From a virus (taxonomy: Duplodnaviria; Caudoviricetes), in IMG/VR virus record IMGVR_UViG_3300027265_000049, positions 1 to 40,204 of that record: a stretch of DNA of 40,204 nt. One strand, 5' to 3'. Below the pieces are notes generated by a model. That model saw only the letters and a program-made list of their open reading frames with translations. It made no database searches and was not told the origin of the DNA. Both the position numbers and the translations under genes were made by a program. Shown here one piece after another: positions 37,025-40,204 of the stretch (position 1 is its first letter; each line of letters opens with the position of its first letter).

Positions 37025-37497
37025 AAAACATACTCTTTTTAATCATCGCACTCTTTTTATTGACTTCAGCAGTACCAACAAAAGTCAAAAAAGGAGATCA
37101 GGCAGAATATGCCAGGTATCTGGAAGCTGGAAAGCGGATAGTAAGCAAAATGATTGACCAGGATGGAAAAATTACCGTTTTGAAATTTAATGGTCAATAC
37201 ACCGATTCTGTTGGAGGCTTTAAGGTCAATAAGGATAAGCCTATATTCTGGTATAAACCTGGAACAAAATCGATGATTTTTCAGGTAAATGAAATAAATA
37301 TAGGAACATGCAAAGTCGTTAACGAGCCACTCTTTCCGACTTCAGTAAAACATTTTTATACGGTCTGGATGGTGAATAAATACATCTACGAAATCACCCG
37401 ACTCGAAGAGGCTATTAAAACGTTCGATCCTATCTACACCGAACGACTAACCAAGCAATTAAATTTCACAAAATCGGAACTCGCTAAAATCAAATAA
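37021..37497 (+). CDS. secreted or membrane-anchored basic hypothetical protein
   Basis: N-terminal MKNILFLIIALFLLTSA; lies between the holin-like gene and the endolysin. Confidence 0.65.
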   Translation: MKNILFLIIALFLLTSAVPTKVKKGDQAEYARYLEAGKRIVSKMIDQDGKITVLKFNGQYTDSVGGFKVNKDKPIFWYKPGTKSMIFQVNEINIGTCKVVNEPLFPTSVKHFYTVWMVNKYIYEITRLEEAIKTFDPIYTERLTKQLNFTKSELAKIK

Positions 37498-37499
37498 TC

Positions 37500-38036
37500 A
37501 TGTCAAATTTTATTGAAGCATTTCAAAAAACTATCGAAAAAGAAGGTGGATATACAAACGATCCTGATGATCCGGGTGGTGAAACCTTCAAAGGAATATC
37601 CCGAAAAATGAACAGCAAATGGGAAGGTTGGACTACAATAGATATTCTGAAACGTCAATCTGGGTTTCCGGCCAATGCAGATCGTGATGCAGACCTGCGT
37701 GAACAGGTTGGTATGTTCTACCTGAATAACTTTTGGAATAAAATGAAAGGCGATGAAATTGAAAGCCAGGAGAAGGCAGAATCAATTTTTGATTTTGCAG
37801 TAAATGCTGGCATTGGTACCAGTTCGGCACTTGCGCAAATGGTTGTAGGCGTTAAGGCTGACGGCGTAATAGGTTCCGATTCATTAAAAGCAATCAATTC
37901 ATTTGATCCGGAGCACTTCCTGGCAGCCTTCACTGTAGCTAAGATTGCACGATACGTGAACATCGTAAAAAAACGACCTACCAGCCGGAAGTACTTCTAT
38001 GGTTGGGTTATCAGGGCATTAGGAGAAAACGCTTAA
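37500..38036 (+). CDS. endolysin, glycoside hydrolase family 108 with peptidoglycan-binding C-terminus
   Basis: EGGY..DPDDPGGETFKGI, FDFAVNAG, ADGVIG, YFYGWVIR. Confidence 0.92.
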   Translation: MSNFIEAFQKTIEKEGGYTNDPDDPGGETFKGISRKMNSKWEGWTTIDILKRQSGFPANADRDADLREQVGMFYLNNFWNKMKGDEIESQEKAESIFDFAVNAGIGTSSALAQMVVGVKADGVIGSDSLKAINSFDPEHFLAAFTVAKIARYVNIVKKRPTSRKYFYGWVIRALGENA

Positions 38037-38047
38037 TATCAATAATC

Positions 38048-38530
38048 ATGGGATTTTTAAATAATTTGTTTTCAGAAGGTGCAAGCACACTGGTTGGTGC
38101 TGTCGGAAAGGTGCTCGACAATGTGATTACCACAAAAGAAGAAAAGCAGACGCTTGACAATGAGATTGTAAAGGCAGAAATGCAATACAATCTCGACATG
38201 AAAAAGCTGTCGAACGAGGAGCAGGCGATGATTATCGGCGATATCGGAAATGCCCGAAATAGGGAAATACAGGTTCAGGCAAGCGAAACAGCAACCAAAC
38301 TCAGCAAAAATGTTTCTCCATATCTTGCACTTGGTACTACTGTTTTGACCTTTAGTCTTTTTTTTATTCTGATTTTCAAATCAGAAATTATTCCAGATGA
38401 TAAAAAAGACATTATCCTTTATATCCTAGGGGTACTAAGCGCCAGTCTCACCCAGATTTATAGCTATTATTTCGGATCATCGGCTGGAAGTGCCGAGAAG
38501 TCAAAAGCAATTAATTCATTAAATAAATAA
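38048..38530 (+). CDS. second holin-like membrane protein
   Basis: N-terminal amphipathic/coiled segment, two C-terminal TM helices, YYFGSS motif; ATG 38048. Confidence 0.7.
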   Translation: MGFLNNLFSEGASTLVGAVGKVLDNVITTKEEKQTLDNEIVKAEMQYNLDMKKLSNEEQAMIIGDIGNARNREIQVQASETATKLSKNVSPYLALGTTVLTFSLFFILIFKSEIIPDDKKDIILYILGVLSASLTQIYSYYFGSSAGSAEKSKAINSLNK

Positions 38531-38532
38531 CC

Positions 38533-38685
38533 ATGAACGGTTTAAAGATTTTTATGATTGGAGTAGCATTTGGCTTCTTAATCGGATGGCAAAGAAAAGT
38601 TATAGTATCATTTACAAAGCCTTATGTGATTAAGGCATGGATTTGGGCAAAATCAAAAGTTGGGATTAAAAGTAAAAGTGAATAA
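38533..38685 (+). CDS. 50-aa cationic membrane peptide (below ORF-track cutoff)
   Basis: MNGLKIFMIGVAFGFLIGWQRKVIVSFTKPYVIKAWIWAKSKVGIKSKSE, 2 nt after the previous stop. Confidence 0.65.
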   Translation: MNGLKIFMIGVAFGFLIGWQRKVIVSFTKPYVIKAWIWAKSKVGIKSKSE

Positions 38686-38686
38686 C

Positions 38687-38722
38687 TGTCCTTTTTACCG
38701 ACTTGATTTTTTACAAAATTTA
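38687..38722 (+). promoter_or_regulatory. degenerate copy of the late promoter motif
   Basis: TGTCCTTT-N20-AAAATTTA (weak -7 box). Confidence 0.4.
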
Positions 38723-38756
38723 ATTTCACAATTATTAATAACCAAAAATCTACGAG

Positions 38757-38978
38757 ATGAATGTAAAAGCAAAATTTAGGTGTAATTCCGTAACCGATAA
38801 TGGTTACAACAAAAAAGCATCACTGAATGCAGTTTATGGTACTGAGGGCGAAAATGCTGATTTTACAAAAGCAACTCCAGCTGGCAATTTGGAAATATCA
38901 ATCGACAAAGATGTCCCTGCCTCTGATTTTTTTGAACCACAAAAAGATTATTATTTGACTTTTGAGAAAGCAGAATAA
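38757..38978 (+). CDS. small conserved-looking phage protein (AKFRC...TPAG...YYLTF)
   Basis: 73 aa, own leader and terminator. Confidence 0.75.
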   Translation: MNVKAKFRCNSVTDNGYNKKASLNAVYGTEGENADFTKATPAGNLEISIDKDVPASDFFEPQKDYYLTFEKAE

Positions 38979-39021
38979 GATAGTTTGATTTAGTTATGTT
39001 TGTTATTACTCATTCATTTTT

Positions 39022-39057
39022 CCCCCTGGTCACGAACTGACCGGGGGGTTTTGTTTT
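39022..39057 (+). terminator. intrinsic terminator ending late transcription
   Basis: CCCCCTGGTCA-CGAAC-TGACCGGGGGG followed by TTTTGTTTT. Confidence 0.85.
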
Positions 39058-40204
39058 AAAGCGGTGGCATCTTTAATTTTATCTCAAGGTTTTCATACAA
39101 ACCCATACTTTTTAGGTAGGTATCAGTTTGTTGAATTGAATGGTGGCGGCATTGGAGCTGGATACGCTTCAGGTCAACCCCTGCTTTATATGCTTTAACT
39201 ACTCCAGTGTGTTTCCAGGCATACAGTGTGTGATCGTCCGAAAAATTGTGATTTTCCAAAAACTTACTGTGCCGGTCATTCATTCTATTCTTAGAAATGC
39301 AGGATTTTTTACCAGGGAAAAGCCAGTCTCCTGAACTTTTATGCTTGATCAGTTCAATAATTGTATCGAGAAGAGAATCAGGAATGGTTACAAATTCAGA
39401 TTTGTTATTCTTAGAAATCGACGCATCGATATAAATTAAGCGGTCGGAGAGCCTGATATCAGATACTTTTAGCTGTCTTATTTCATTTGGTCTGGCAAAT
39501 GTATTGTAGATGATTTGGATGAAACTCCAAAGCTCCGGATCCTTTACCGAAATTTCACCTTTCAGAAGCTCAATTTCAGGATCAGTATAAGCCATATTTC
39601 TCAGGCTTCGCTCTTCTTTCTGCTTTTCAAGTTCCGAAAACGGATTTTTCTGTACGAACTCTCTTTTCTTCAGTATGCTCCATAAACGTCTGATGTAGCT
39701 GACATCATTGTTTATTGTAGTGCCTTTCATTCCGGAACTTATTCTCCAGTCAATATACTGGTAGGCATATTTCTGCTTGAACTGATCAAGTTGAATGTTA
39801 TCAAATCCATTCTTTTCAGCCCAATCAAGGAAAATATTCATACATGATGAGTACGAATTATACGATCCGCCCTTTAATCCTGAAATTAGCAGAGCCTTTT
39901 CCATTCCCTTTCGGACGGTCAGATCATTCGGTTTTTCTTCAACCTTATTGTTGATGTGATAACCATCTTCCAGCAATTGATTGATCGATTTAACCCGGGC
40001 CTTGCCATAAGCATTCCTAAGGCTTATGGTCTCCTGGTCATCTTTACCTTTAATGGCATCAATAGAATAGTCCCAACGTCTTACGGTATCATTTTTCTGG
40101 GCATTCCAAACCCAGAAAGAGATATACCAACGACTGTTTAACTTTCCTCCGCGATTGTTTATTGAAGCTGCTTTGTAGGGCAATTTTTCTGTCTGTGTCT
40201 TCAT
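39056..40204 (-). CDS. int: tyrosine recombinase / phage integrase
   Basis: ARPNEI (R), SKN (K), YAWKHT (variant of HxxR), CRH, and TDTYL (catalytic Tyr); SAM-like middle domain. Confidence 0.92.
   Translation of the reverse strand: MKTQTEKLPYKAASINNRGGKLNSRWYISFWVWNAQKNDTVRRWDYSIDAIKGKDDQETISLRNAYGKARVKSINQLLEDGYHINNKVEEKPNDLTVRKGMEKALLISGLKGGSYNSYSSCMNIFLDWAEKNGFDNIQLDQFKQKYAYQYIDWRISSGMKGTTINNDVSYIRRLWSILKKREFVQKNPFSELEKQKEERSLRNMAYTDPEIELLKGEISVKDPELWSFIQIIYNTFARPNEIRQLKVSDIRLSDRLIYIDASISKNNKSEFVTIPDSLLDTIIELIKHKSSGDWLFPGKKSCISKNRMNDRHSKFLENHNFSDDHTLYAWKHTGVVKAYKAGVDLKRIQLQCRHHSIQQTDTYLKSMGLYENLEIKLKMPPL

Larger units (their letters stand above)
1..40204. mobile_element. Temperate tailed phage / prophage (siphovirus-like, probable Bacteroidota host); immunity module and att sites probably lie outside the window
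   Basis: Colinear primase-helicase, ClpP protease, capsid, terminase, portal, tape measure, GH108 endolysin and tyrosine integrase. No contractile sheath gene recognised. Confidence 0.95.

Noticed and set aside
38979-39056. att site downstream of int
   Set aside because: No matching direct repeat or tRNA fragment found; att is more likely beyond the window end

Overview
Nearly complete temperate tailed-phage (siphovirus-like) genome or prophage, probably from a Bacteroidota host (TAnnTTTG-type -7 promoter boxes, AT-rich leaders with few Shine-Dalgarno sequences). Left to right: early/replication genes (HNH-like protein, HD-domain protein, 935-aa primase-helicase); a non-coding structured region plus an iteron-rich putative origin (7.8-8.6 kb); a candidate late regulator; ClpP-type prohead protease; major capsid with a fused Fn3 domain; probable tail tube; PLD-like protein; terminase; a ~3.3-kb accessory island (ArdC-like gene, candidate cos site, antisense-switch leader); portal; head-tail and tail genes; tape measure; tail tip/fibre genes; SGNH esterase; lysis cassette; and a convergent tyrosine integrase ending at the window edge. 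No repressor, att site, tRNA, CRISPR array or reverse transcriptase was recognised. Main signals not explained by gene calls: (i) a bipartite motif TGTCCTTT-N20-TAnnTT(T/A)G found seven times, each in an intergenic position ahead of a late gene block, suggesting a phage-specific late promoter class; (ii) 8-bp-phased GTAAC iterons both at the putative origin and immediately before the primase start codon; (iii) a ~350-nt multi-hairpin candidate ncRNA ending at the origin; (iv) two RNA-structured morons. All family assignments come from motif recognition by eye; no database searches were run.
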